64,000 bases of DNA, from the NCBI GenBank assembly GCA_963847705.1, contig CAWKBC010000034.1, positions 160,001 to 224,000 of the forward strand. Reading direction: 5' to 3'. Of this stretch, positions 42,631-52,048 are shown piece by piece. This DNA comes from an uncultured Pseudomonadota bacterium. Lineage in GTDB: Bacteria; Myxococcota_A; Polyangia; Fen-1088. Below the pieces are notes generated by a model. The model ran no database searches and was not told the origin of the DNA. It saw only the letters and a list, made by a program, of their open reading frames with translations. How positions within the stretch are numbered: the first letter of the stretch is position 1; every line of letters begins with the position of its first letter. The translations under genes and the position numbers were made by a program.

Positions 42631-43965
42631 CTAAGGTTTGCCGTAGGGGGGCGATCCGCTCGGCGCGCGCAGCGCGTAGAGCTTGTGATCGTCCGACCCC
42701 ACGAAGATGGTGCCGTCTGCTGCCAAGGTGGGAGAGCTGTCGATGTCGCCACCGAGCTCCACCGACCAGCGCAGATGGCCGTCGGGCTCGAGACAATAGA
42801 GGCGGTCGTCCTGCGAGCCAAACAGGACGGCGCCTGCCGCGTCGACCAGAGGCGACGAGACGATGCGATCGCCGGCCCGGAATGACCAGGCCAGCGTGCC
42901 GTCCAGATGGACGGCGTAGAGTTGAGCGTCGAACGAGCCGACGTAGATGATGCCGTTGCCGATCGCCACGGAGGAGCGGATGTCGGCCCCCGTCGTGAAG
43001 GCCCAGCGCAGGACGCCGTCCGGGCCGATGGCGTACAGCTTGTGATCGTCGGAGCCGACGTAGATCGTCCCGTCGTCACCGATGGCGGGCGCCGGCTCGA
43101 TGTCGGCCCCCGCCCGAAAATCCCAGCGCTTCTGGCCGTTGGGGGCGATGGCATAAAGAGTGTTGTCCTGGCTTCCCGCCACCACGGTGCCGTCGGGAAG
43201 CAGCGCCGGGGCCGACGAGACGTGTCCGTTGGTCGCAAAATGCCAGCGCAAGGTGCCATCGGGGTTGATGGCGTAGACGCCGTCGCCCCCGACGTAGATG
43301 ACGCCGTCCGGGCCAATGGTCGGGCCGGCGTCGACGTCACACCGGCTGGCCTCCGGGCCGATCCCGACCCGCTGGGGACAGGCCCCCAGTTGCACGATCC
43401 AGCGCGGTTTCCCCTCGTTTGGCGTCACGGCGTAAAGATGATCGTCGTCCGAGCCGATGTAGACAGTCCCGTCGTGTGCCACGGCGGGCGAGCTGAAAAT
43501 GATGTCCCCTGTCGCGTACGACCACTTGAGCGTCCCGTCCCGGGCGACGTCGTACACCCGGTTGTCCTGCGAGCCGACCAGGACCGAGCCGTCGCCGGCG
43601 ATGGCCGGTGAAGAGATGATGGGACCGCCGGTCTGGAAGACCCACCAGATGGTGGGCTTGATGGCTGGGAGCGTGAAGGGGGAGCGCCCGCGGTGCGTCG
43701 GCCCGAAGCGGAACATCGCCTGCGCCGGCTCGACGGCGTACTGCGGGAGTGGCAGCGGCGCCGAGGACCCCTCGCTCACGCTGCCGAAGGGCCGGGACGC
43801 GGTGGCCGGCCAGGTGCAGTGGCCCGCGTCGCACAGCCGGTTGAGCTTGCAGTCATGGTCGCTGGCACAGGGCACCGCCTCCACGTGGGCGCAGGCCAGC
43901 GGCGCGAGACACAGACCGGCCAAGCAGAGAAGACGAAGAAGGCGAAGGGCCGGGATTAGGTTCAC
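42631..43965 (-). CDS. PQQ-like beta-propeller repeat lipoprotein
   Basis: Lipobox LAC, a short Cys-rich module, and repeated SSPA...DG.IYVGS.D..LYA...DG..RW units. Confidence 0.85.
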   Translation of the reverse strand: MNLIPALRLLRLLCLAGLCLAPLACAHVEAVPCASDHDCKLNRLCDAGHCTWPATASRPFGSVSEGSSAPLPLPQYAVEPAQAMFRFGPTHRGRSPFTLPAIKPTIWWVFQTGGPIISSPAIAGDGSVLVGSQDNRVYDVARDGTLKWSYATGDIIFSSPAVAHDGTVYIGSDDDHLYAVTPNEGKPRWIVQLGACPQRVGIGPEASRCDVDAGPTIGPDGVIYVGGDGVYAINPDGTLRWHFATNGHVSSAPALLPDGTVVAGSQDNTLYAIAPNGQKRWDFRAGADIEPAPAIGDDGTIYVGSDDHKLYAIGPDGVLRWAFTTGADIRSSVAIGNGIIYVGSFDAQLYAVHLDGTLAWSFRAGDRIVSSPLVDAAGAVLFGSQDDRLYCLEPDGHLRWSVELGGDIDSSPTLAADGTIFVGSDDHKLYALRAPSGSPPYGKP

Positions 43966-44008
43966 CGGCAGGAAACGAAACGTTCGGATGGCGCAAGGTT
44001 AAGGCAAA

Positions 44009-45061
44009 TTGGAAAACCTGCAAGACCGTCTGTTACGATCGATCACCTTGGACAGATTCCTTCGTGTGGCCGGCGTCTTCGCCGTCCTGATCGCCGGCTG
44101 CAAGAAGCACGAAGTTCGGGTCAGCCCGCCGCCCGCTCCAGCCGTGTCAGCGCCCATCGCTGAAGCAGTCCCCCCGCCGCCGGTGCACACCGGACCTGTG
44201 AACGCCCACGCGCACTACCGCCACGTCGTCATCATCAGCGAGGACGGCCTGCGACCCGACGCGCTGATGAACGTGCTGCCGCCGGTGCATGCCGAGCTGA
44301 TGAAGCGAGCCTCCTATTCGCTGACGGCGCGCACGATCCGCCGCGCCTCCACCCTGCCGGCGCACGCGGCGATGCTGTCCGGATTCGACGTCAAACAGCA
44401 CGGCCTCTACTGGAACTCGTGGCACCCCGATCGCGGCTGGATCCTGGTTCCCACCATCTTCGATGCCGCCGAGAAGAACGGCGGCACGGCCGCCGCGTTC
44501 GTCGGCAAGCAAAAGCTCGAGCACATCGCCCACCCCGGCTCGGTCGACTACTTCTCGCGCCCCGGCTACTTCTGCAAGAAGGTCGTCGAGGAGGCGAGCG
44601 ACTACCTGGTCAAGAAGCGGCCACAGATCGAGTTCATTCACTTCTCCGATCCCGACGACCTCGGTCACTCGGACGGCTGGATGTCGAACCCCCAGCTCGA
44701 GGCGGTGCGCCACACCGATCGCTGCCTGCGCACCCTGCTCGACGCGACGGCCGCCGCGGGCCTCGACAAGGACACGCTCTTCATCATCTCGGCCGATCAC
44801 GGCGGCCACGGACACAACCACTCGGGCAAGATCAAGGAGGACCGCCTCATCCCCTGGATCGCCTGGGGCCCCGGCGTCCGCGCGGGCCATCGCATCACCA
44901 CGCCGATCAGCACCGTCGACACCGCGGCCACCGCCCTCTGGGCGCTCGGCTACCCCAACACCCCCGGCGCCATCGGGCACCCGGTGATGGACGCGTTCGA
45001 TCCTGCGACCCTCCCCACGCTGATCGGGACCTCTCCTCCGGCGGTCGGCCACCCCCTGTAG
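44009..45061 (+). CDS. Alkaline phosphatase superfamily (nucleotide pyrophosphatase/phosphodiesterase) lipoprotein
   Basis: IISEDGLRPD, STLPAHAAML, DDLGH and SADHGG metal-binding motifs, with lipobox IAGC. Confidence 0.85.
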   Translation: MENLQDRLLRSITLDRFLRVAGVFAVLIAGCKKHEVRVSPPPAPAVSAPIAEAVPPPPVHTGPVNAHAHYRHVVIISEDGLRPDALMNVLPPVHAELMKRASYSLTARTIRRASTLPAHAAMLSGFDVKQHGLYWNSWHPDRGWILVPTIFDAAEKNGGTAAAFVGKQKLEHIAHPGSVDYFSRPGYFCKKVVEEASDYLVKKRPQIEFIHFSDPDDLGHSDGWMSNPQLEAVRHTDRCLRTLLDATAAAGLDKDTLFIISADHGGHGHNHSGKIKEDRLIPWIAWGPGVRAGHRITTPISTVDTAATALWALGYPNTPGAIGHPVMDAFDPATLPTLIGTSPPAVGHPL

Positions 45062-45298
45062 TCTCCGCGTCCGGTCGCAGAGCTCGCGGACACAGCGTCG
45101 AGCGCTTCGCGCTCTCGCCGCGTCGCGCTCGCCCGCGCCAGCTCTCCCAAAGCTCCCCCACCACCCGGTCGCGGGCCGCCCCGTCTCCTCGTCGTCTCGT
45201 GGCCTCCCCAATCGCAGCCTCGCGGCTCGGCGCCCCGGATCCGGATCGGTCCCGAACCCCGAGATCCCCGACCGCGCGCGCCGCGCACGTGACCTCCC

Positions 45299-45420
45299 GC
45301 TCGCACGCTCTTTCCGCGCGCGAACTTTTTTCCGGCGGCGAGGAGCGTGGCGTTCGATCCACCGGTGCGCTCCTCGCCGCCGGAAAAAAGTCCCGTGCGG
45401 AAAACAGAGCGTGCTCGAGC
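45299..45420. repeat. Long inverted repeat (24-bp perfect core, about 50-bp imperfect arms)
   Basis: acttttttccggcggcgaggagcg (45324-45347) pairs with 45368-45391. Lies between convergent genes. Confidence 0.9.
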
Positions 45421-45493
45421 GGGCGCCGCTCGCGTCCGCACGGCCCGTAGTTTACTGGCGCCAGAGAGCCAACCTCAGGGCGACATCGACGGG

Positions 45494-45724
45494 CGACGCC
45501 CAAGGCGATGCGCGTAGCGCGAGCCCCGACGCCCAAGGCGATGCGCGTAGCGCCAGCCCCGACGCCCAAGGCGATGCGCGTAGCGCCAGCCCCGACGCCC
45601 AAGGCGATGCGCGTGGCGCGAGCCCCGACGCCTAAGGCGATGCGCGTGGCGCGAGCCCCGACGCCCAAGGCGATGCGCGTAGCGCCAGCCCCGACGCCCA
45701 AGGCGATGCGCGTAGCGCGAGCGT
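45494..45724. repeat. Seven tandem copies of a 33-bp unit
   Basis: cgacgcccaaggcgatgcgcgtagcgc(g/c)agccc at 45494, 45527, 45560, 45593, 45626, 45659 and 45692. No unique spacers. Confidence 0.95.
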
Positions 45725-45764
45725 CCGAGGCGAGAGCGGGAGCCCCGATGCGCTGAGCCGGCGG

Positions 45765-46595
45765 CTAGAAGAAGTTCAGCGCGAAGTTCACCAGCGACCA
45801 GTTGCTCACGGTCTGGTCGTTGCCGTTGCTGTTCAGGTGCGCGCCCGTGATCGTCGCTTCGACGTCGAACGACCAGTTCCACCCCTGGATCAGCTCGACG
45901 CCGAGCCCGCCCATCGCCGCCGCGCCCCACTGGGTTGGTTGGTTGTTGCCCTGAACGGCGTCTGCCAGCCCGAAACCGCCCTTGATGAACACGCGGCGAG
46001 TCACGAAGATCTGCAGTGCGAGGAGGTTCGCCGTCTGCGAGATCGTCGAGGATCCGGAGGTCGCGACAGCGCCTTCGACGTCCCACAGCAGCAGCAGGCC
46101 CGGTTGCAACCCGAATCCCAGCCGGAAGGTGTAGGCGAACCCGTTCTCGCTGTCCTGTTTCCCGGTGGACTGATTTTCGAAGATCAGCCCGCCGAACCCG
46201 ATCCCGCCGCCCAGCGTGAACGGGCGATTGAGGACGTCACGCTGCGGCTGCGGCGGTGGGTAGGTGTAGTACGTCGGCGGCGGTGCGTACCGATAACGAT
46301 AGGGCTGGTACGGCGGCGGCCCGTAGACACGCGGCGCATAGGCCGGCGGCGCACCGTACGCCGGCGGCGCCCCATAAACCGGTGGCGCAGGCGGGGGAAC
46401 GTATCCCGGCGGCGGTGCGTACGCCGGCGGCAGCTCCGGCTGAGCCTGGGGCGCCGGCGCGGGAGCGGGCGCTGGCGCGGGGGCTGGCGCCGGCGTGATC
46501 ACCTGGGGAGGCGCAGGCTCCGGCAGGATCTGTTGCGCGTGCGCAGCAGCGGTGTGAAGCAAAAGAACAGTCAATCCAACGAGGAGCTTTTTCAT
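45765..46595 (-). CDS. Outer-membrane beta-barrel protein with a Pro/Tyr-rich N-terminal region
   Basis: Signal peptide ending AHA, PAP/PPY repeats, about 8 amphipathic beta-strands and a terminal Phe. Confidence 0.75.
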   Translation of the reverse strand: MKKLLVGLTVLLLHTAAAHAQQILPEPAPPQVITPAPAPAPAPAPAPAPQAQPELPPAYAPPPGYVPPPAPPVYGAPPAYGAPPAYAPRVYGPPPYQPYRYRYAPPPTYYTYPPPQPQRDVLNRPFTLGGGIGFGGLIFENQSTGKQDSENGFAYTFRLGFGLQPGLLLLWDVEGAVATSGSSTISQTANLLALQIFVTRRVFIKGGFGLADAVQGNNQPTQWGAAAMGGLGVELIQGWNWSFDVEATITGAHLNSNGNDQTVSNWSLVNFALNFF

Positions 46596-46659
46596 CGTGC
46601 GAACCTCGGTCGGCTTATGAGTGGCCATACCGCGGACGTTTGCAAAGGAGGCGCCACCC

Positions 46660-47718
46660 TTAAAATTTACGGAGCGGCGGCTCGCCGGGCGTCAGCGCGG
46701 GCGGTCCGTGCGAGGGGACACGGCGTACCCGTGCGAGGGCTGCGTCAGGCGTCTTCACCTTCTTGATCAAAACCGGTACACGCATCCCGGACTGCAGCGT
46801 CCGACGGTGCGGAGGGTCACGCCCCGACGCCGACCGCGCCGTCGGATCGAGGCGCCGCGACAGGCGGCCGACGACCTCGATGGTGTCACCCGGAAGAATG
46901 TCGATCTCCGCCGCCCACAGCTCCCGTTGATCGAGGCGCAAGCGGGTCAGGACCGGGTGGTCGATCTCCAGGAGGGTGGTGCTGTGAAACTGGACCCGCT
47001 CCTCGTTCGGAAACGGGTCGAGCAACATGCCGCCCGTGACCTCGATCCAGATCGGCTCGTCGGTGCCGTCGTCCAGCAGGAAGTCGAACGCCGCCTCGTG
47101 AAAGAAGCTGGGGGCGAACCAGCTGCCGCGCCGGAACCGGGTGAGCGACCAGACCGCCGAGCGCCCCTCCAGCGCCGTGGCGGCGGTCCGGCGCGCGATG
47201 ACCACACCGCGCACGGCGACCGAGCGCGCGTCGGGAATCCCGCGCAGCTCCGAGATCTGGTGGAGGCGCCGGCGCGCGACCAGATGGTGAATTCGGTTGG
47301 CCATCCGCACGCCGAGCGGCCCCCAGGCCGCCGAGAGAGCGGTCGCCGCCCCCGCCGCCGCGGCGGCGATTCCGAGATCGTTCGCCGCCATGGCGATCAT
47401 CCCCCAGGCGGCCAGCGCGGCGGCCGCAGACGACGTGGCCGCCGTGGCGAAGCGAACGCCCCGGGGAAAGGAGATCCAGCGGGCGATGGCGCCGCCCGTG
47501 CGGCTGAGCGGCGCGGCATCCTCGCTGTCGACGAGGTCGGTCGAGCGGCGCGAGAATCCGTCGACCAGGTGGGCCACCGCCGCGGCAAGCCGTGTCTCGA
47601 CCCAGCCCGCCACGCCGGCACGGGCTGGCTCGCCGGTGCGCTCGGCGCGCCCGACGCTCGCCCGGTCCCACTCCGCGATGCGATCCCGTTCGATTGCGGT
47701 CAGGTCGCGTTCCGACAT
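46660..47718 (-). CDS. Hypothetical membrane protein
   Basis: Two hydrophobic segments followed by a beta-rich domain (VAVRGVV...DFLLDDG...ILPGDTIEVVG). Family not securely recognised. Confidence 0.6.
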   Translation of the reverse strand: MSERDLTAIERDRIAEWDRASVGRAERTGEPARAGVAGWVETRLAAAVAHLVDGFSRRSTDLVDSEDAAPLSRTGGAIARWISFPRGVRFATAATSSAAAALAAWGMIAMAANDLGIAAAAAGAATALSAAWGPLGVRMANRIHHLVARRRLHQISELRGIPDARSVAVRGVVIARRTAATALEGRSAVWSLTRFRRGSWFAPSFFHEAAFDFLLDDGTDEPIWIEVTGGMLLDPFPNEERVQFHSTTLLEIDHPVLTRLRLDQRELWAAEIDILPGDTIEVVGRLSRRLDPTARSASGRDPPHRRTLQSGMRVPVLIKKVKTPDAALARVRRVPSHGPPALTPGEPPLRKF

Positions 47719-47928
47719 CTCGGACCTCTCTCAAACTACGTAAGGTCAATTTTCACACGGACCAACCCGAGATGCACCTGAACGTCGTATGTGGAACCCT
47801 GAAAGGGTCCCAGGCCCCCCGCGATGGACTCCGCCGGGCAAAGCCCAGCTCCGTCCGACGGGATCCATGCAGGTCTTTGAAAGGGAACCCCGCGCGGGAG
47901 CGGACATGGAGTACACTTCCGTGGCTCG

Positions 47929-49728
47929 ATGCCAGACTCCGATGGCCCGCGCGGGCCGCTGGAAGCGCTTCGCAACGCCGCGCGCGGCGGACAGGAGCGC
48001 TTCTTGGTCGCGCTCTCCGACCGCCTCGAACGCAGCCGCATCGCCGGCGCGCTGACGAGCGAGGGCTTCGTGCTGGAGTCGGATTCGCTCTCCGACGCGC
48101 TGGCGCGGCTGGCCGATGAGTCGTTCGACCTGGCGATCCTCGATCTGCCGACCGAGCGCCTGGACGTCGAACCGGGAACCGGGCGTGATCCGCTGGCCGC
48201 CTCGCGGGAGCTGCGCCCGTTCAGCGATCTGATCCTCATCAGCGACGGCGATCCGGTGCGTGGCGGACAGGCCTTCGCGCGCGAGGTGGCCGCCGTCTTG
48301 CCGCGACCGCTGCCGGAGGTGGACGCGCTCCTGCGGGCGCACATCAAGCGGCTGGCCGGGTTCCGGCGCGCGCGCACCCGCGGCCTCCTGGTCCTCAACG
48401 CCTTCGCCGGCGTCAAGGACGAGCTGGTCGCCACGGATCCGGCGCTGGCTGCCGCGCTCGCCGATCTGGCGCGCGAGGCCCGGCGCGAGCCGGCGATCGT
48501 GGTTCTGGGCGACGACGAGCTGGTGTTGGCCGCAGGGGGCCAGGCCGACGAGCCGAACCCGGACGCCGCGGTGGTCGAGGTCAGCGCGAACGAGGCGATC
48601 GACACCCGCCTCGGCGAGGCGCGGATGCGCGTGCCGGGCGCGGCGCTGGTGGCGGTCGACGCCGCCCCTTCGATCGAACGGCTGGCCTCGGCGATCTACG
48701 GAGGCGCGCGTGCCTATCTCCCGCGCGCGGCGCTCGACCTCCTGGGCCGAATCGCGGCCTCCACGGCGGCTCGCCGCCACGGCGAGTCGAACGGGGTCCG
48801 GATCGTGGAGGCGCTGGCCCGCCACGGCGTGCTGACCGGAGCCGAGCGCAAGCGCACCCCGACGCCGCCGCGCGATATCGACGCGCGCCTCATCGCCGAC
48901 GCCACCACGCCGCGACCGCACGCCGCGGTGGTTCCCACCGGCCACGAGGTGCTGGTGGTCGACGACGAGGCGGTCGTGCTGACCGTCCTGCGTGAGGCGC
49001 TTCGGCGCGGCGGCTACCGTGTCACCACCGCCGCCTCGGCTGAAGAGGCCATCGACCTCATGCACAAGCGGCGCTTCGATCTGGTGCTGACCGACAAGAA
49101 CCTGCCCGGCGCCTCCGGGCTTGACGTGCTGCGGGCCGCCCGCACCTTGACCCCCGCGCCCGCCATCGTGCTCATCACCGGCTACAGCTCGTACGACTCC
49201 GCGATCGAGGCGATGGACATCGGCGCGCTCGACTACATCGAAAAACCGATCCGCGACGTCGACGACCTGCGGTTCCGGATCCGGCGCGCGCTCTCCCGCC
49301 GGGACGAGCAGCTGGCCCGCCCCAAGCCGACGCGGACCGCCGGGCGCGCCGGACGGGTGCTGCTGGTCGAGGTCGAGGGGCAGCGCCGCCAGCTCCTGTC
49401 GGAGTACCTCGGCAAGGCGCACCACGTGACGTCGGCGCAGGACGGTGACGAAGCGCTGACGCTGCTCAAGAGCGATCACTTCGATCTGGTGCTGGCCGAT
49501 CGCCACCTGCCGGGCGTGTCGGGGCTGCGGGTGATCGAGCACGCGCAGCAGATGCTCCCGCACTGCGCGTCGGTGCTCTACACCGCCTATCCCTCCTACG
49601 ACTCGGTGACGGAGGCGTTCGCCGCTGGCGTCGACGCCTATCTGGTTCGTCCCAGCGACGATCTGAAGAAGCTGGGCGAGAAGGTCGCGGAAGCCCTCGG
49701 CGGACGCGGCGGAATCCTGTTAGGGTGA
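47929..49728 (+). CDS. Multi-receiver-domain response regulator without an output domain
   Basis: Degenerate N-terminal REC, intact REC (VVDDE/LTDKNLP/TG/KP) and a third REC (LADRHLP/TA/RP). Confidence 0.8.
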   Translation: MPDSDGPRGPLEALRNAARGGQERFLVALSDRLERSRIAGALTSEGFVLESDSLSDALARLADESFDLAILDLPTERLDVEPGTGRDPLAASRELRPFSDLILISDGDPVRGGQAFAREVAAVLPRPLPEVDALLRAHIKRLAGFRRARTRGLLVLNAFAGVKDELVATDPALAAALADLAREARREPAIVVLGDDELVLAAGGQADEPNPDAAVVEVSANEAIDTRLGEARMRVPGAALVAVDAAPSIERLASAIYGGARAYLPRAALDLLGRIAASTAARRHGESNGVRIVEALARHGVLTGAERKRTPTPPRDIDARLIADATTPRPHAAVVPTGHEVLVVDDEAVVLTVLREALRRGGYRVTTAASAEEAIDLMHKRRFDLVLTDKNLPGASGLDVLRAARTLTPAPAIVLITGYSSYDSAIEAMDIGALDYIEKPIRDVDDLRFRIRRALSRRDEQLARPKPTRTAGRAGRVLLVEVEGQRRQLLSEYLGKAHHVTSAQDGDEALTLLKSDHFDLVLADRHLPGVSGLRVIEHAQQMLPHCASVLYTAYPSYDSVTEAFAAGVDAYLVRPSDDLKKLGEKVAEALGGRGGILLG

Positions 49729-49765
49729 CGATTCTCAGGGCGAAAGGTGCACGGGTAAGCAACAC

Positions 49766-52048
49766 ATGCGCATTGCGTTCACGCACAACCTGCGACTGAC
49801 CGACAGCGAAGACGAGGCCGAATTCGACAGCGTCGAGACCGTCGACGCCATCGCCGACGCGCTCCGCGCCGGCGGGCACGAGGTCGAGAAGCTCGAAGTG
49901 ACCGGCCCTGCCTCGCGCCTGGCGGCCCGCATCGAATCCTATGGGCCCGATCTGATCTTCAACAGCGCCGAAGGGCGGCGAGGGCGCACCCGCGAGGCGT
50001 TCTACCCGGCGATGTTCGAGGAGCTGGGGTTCCCCTACACCGGGTCGGACGCCTACGTCCTGACGGTCACGCTCGACAAGTGGCTGACCAAGCTGATCCT
50101 GGGCAAGCGCGGGATCGACACCCCGCGCGCGCAGCTGGTCACGCCCGACGAGTACCGGCGGATGCGCGATCCAGGGACGCTGGGGCTGGCGCTGCCGGTG
50201 ATCGTCAAGCCGAACTACGAGGGGTCGTCGAAGGGGATCGCCGACGAGGCGGTGGTGCGCGACGCGCGCGCCCTGGCCGAGCTCCTGCCGCGCGCGCTGC
50301 GCGCCTATCCCTCCGGCGTGCTGGTCGAGGAGTTCGTGGCCGGCATCGACGTCACCGTCCCCTTTCTGGAGGGGCGCGGCGACGAGGGGGTGCTGCTGCC
50401 GGTCGATTACGTCGTCGATCCGCCGGCCCGCAGCCGCTTCAACCTCTACGACTACCGGCTGAAGTCCGCGGAGGCCAACCGGGTGGCGGTGCGCTGCCCG
50501 CCCGATCAGCCGCGCGACGTGGTGTCGCGCCTGCGCCACATCTCCAAGATGGCGGCGCGCGCGCTGGGTATCCGCGACGTCGGTCGGATCGACTTCCGGA
50601 TCGGCGAGGACGGGCGCATCTATCTGCTGGAGGTCAACGCGCTCCCCTCGCTGGAGCCGGGGGCCAGCCTGTTCGCCGCGGCGGCGCGGGAGGGGCTCGA
50701 CTACGGTGAGTCGCTGCACGCCATCGTGGAGAGCGCGGCCAAGCGTCAGGGGCTGGTGGTCAAGCCCGGGGCGCGCCGGCGCCGCCCGGCCGATCCGCTG
50801 CGCATCGGGTTCACCTTCAACGTCAAGCGGGTCGACTCCAAGAGCGGCAACGATGCCGAGGCGGAGTACGACGCCCCCGAGACGATCGACGCCATCAAGG
50901 AGGCGCTGGAGAGCTACGGGCAGGTGATGCTGTTCGAGGCCGACGCGGAGCTGCCGCGGCAGCTGATGCAGACGCCGGTCGATCTGGTGTTCAACATCGC
51001 CGAGGGGGTGGCCGGCCGCAACCGCGAGGCGGCGGTCCCGGCGCTCTGCGAGCTGATGGGGATCCCCTACACCGGCTCGGACGCCGCCACGCTGTCGATC
51101 GCCCTCGACAAGGCCCTGTCGAAGCGGGTGCTCTTGCAGCACGGGATCCTGACCGCCGAGTTCCAGGTGATGGAGACCGGGCGCGAGCGCCTGTCGTCGA
51201 AGCTGAAGTTCCCCCTCATCGTCAAACCAAATCAGGAAGGGTCGTCGAAGGGGGTCAGCGCCTCGGCCTCGGTCGTCGATGACGAGGACGGCCTGCGCGC
51301 GGTGGTGCGCGAGCTCATCGATCGCTACCGCCAGCCGGCGCTGATCGAGGTCTACATCCCCGGGCGTGAGTTCACCGTCGGCCTGCTCGGCGATCGCCGC
51401 CCGCGCGTGCTGCCACCGATGGAGATCCTCTTCAAGGACAAGTCCAACCAGCGGCCGGTCTACGACTATCAGATCAAGCAAGAGTGGGAGAAGCACGTCG
51501 CCTACCAGTGCCCGGCACAGCTGTCGCCGGCGGAGCTGAAGGCGATCGAGCGCGTCTGCCGGGAGACGTTCGCGGCGCTCGACTGCCGCGACGTCGCGCG
51601 CGTCGACCTGCGCGTCAAACCCAACGGGGACATCTACGTCATCGAGGTGAACCCGCTGCCGGGGCTGACCCCCGGCTACTCCGACCTCTGCTTGATCGCC
51701 GCGGCGGCCGGGATCGAGTACCGGACGCTGATCGGCGAGATTCTGGAGGGTGGCCTCAAGCGCCTGCGCGAGAAGCGCCGCGAGGCGAAGACCGAGGCGC
51801 GCACCGAGGTCAAACCGGAAGCCAAGCCGGACGGCAAGTCAGACGCCGCCAGGTCCGGCACCCCGACGCCCATCACCACCAGCAACGGCAATGGCGCCAG
51901 CGCGGCGAATGCAGCCACCGCAACCACCGCCACAGCTTCCGCCAACGGCGGCCCCGCCAACGCGGCCGCAGCTGCAACGGCAGCTGCAACAGACAGAACG
52001 CCCGGTCCCGCGGTCGCCGGAGCTCCGTCGACGCCGGCTCCGGAATGA
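49766..52048 (+). CDS. Tandem D-Ala-D-Ala ligase-like ATP-grasp protein (two domains)
   Basis: Each half has AE(F/Y)D..ET.DAI, FN.AEG, PYTGSD, LDK, PxIVKPN.EGSSKG, R(I/V)D.R and EVN.LP.L. Confidence 0.9.
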   Translation: MRIAFTHNLRLTDSEDEAEFDSVETVDAIADALRAGGHEVEKLEVTGPASRLAARIESYGPDLIFNSAEGRRGRTREAFYPAMFEELGFPYTGSDAYVLTVTLDKWLTKLILGKRGIDTPRAQLVTPDEYRRMRDPGTLGLALPVIVKPNYEGSSKGIADEAVVRDARALAELLPRALRAYPSGVLVEEFVAGIDVTVPFLEGRGDEGVLLPVDYVVDPPARSRFNLYDYRLKSAEANRVAVRCPPDQPRDVVSRLRHISKMAARALGIRDVGRIDFRIGEDGRIYLLEVNALPSLEPGASLFAAAAREGLDYGESLHAIVESAAKRQGLVVKPGARRRRPADPLRIGFTFNVKRVDSKSGNDAEAEYDAPETIDAIKEALESYGQVMLFEADAELPRQLMQTPVDLVFNIAEGVAGRNREAAVPALCELMGIPYTGSDAATLSIALDKALSKRVLLQHGILTAEFQVMETGRERLSSKLKFPLIVKPNQEGSSKGVSASASVVDDEDGLRAVVRELIDRYRQPALIEVYIPGREFTVGLLGDRRPRVLPPMEILFKDKSNQRPVYDYQIKQEWEKHVAYQCPAQLSPAELKAIERVCRETFAALDCRDVARVDLRVKPNGDIYVIEVNPLPGLTPGYSDLCLIAAAAGIEYRTLIGEILEGGLKRLREKRREAKTEARTEVKPEAKPDGKSDAARSGTPTPITTSNGNGASAANAATATTATASANGGPANAAAAATAAATDRTPGPAVAGAPSTPAPE

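Noticed and set aside
45494-45724. Possible CRISPR array (33-bp periodicity)
   Set aside because: Units are head-to-tail with no unique spacers, and there are no cas genes in the window.
51484-52044. N-terminal extension of the peptidase ORF, and likewise 35959-37050 and 53010-53402 for their ORFs
   Set aside because: These overlap upstream genes in another frame. Real starts are at 52045, 37051 and 53403.
49766-52048. Housekeeping ddl or van-type resistance ligase
   Set aside because: The architecture is duplicated, the N-terminal motif is non-Ddl, and there is no mur or van context.
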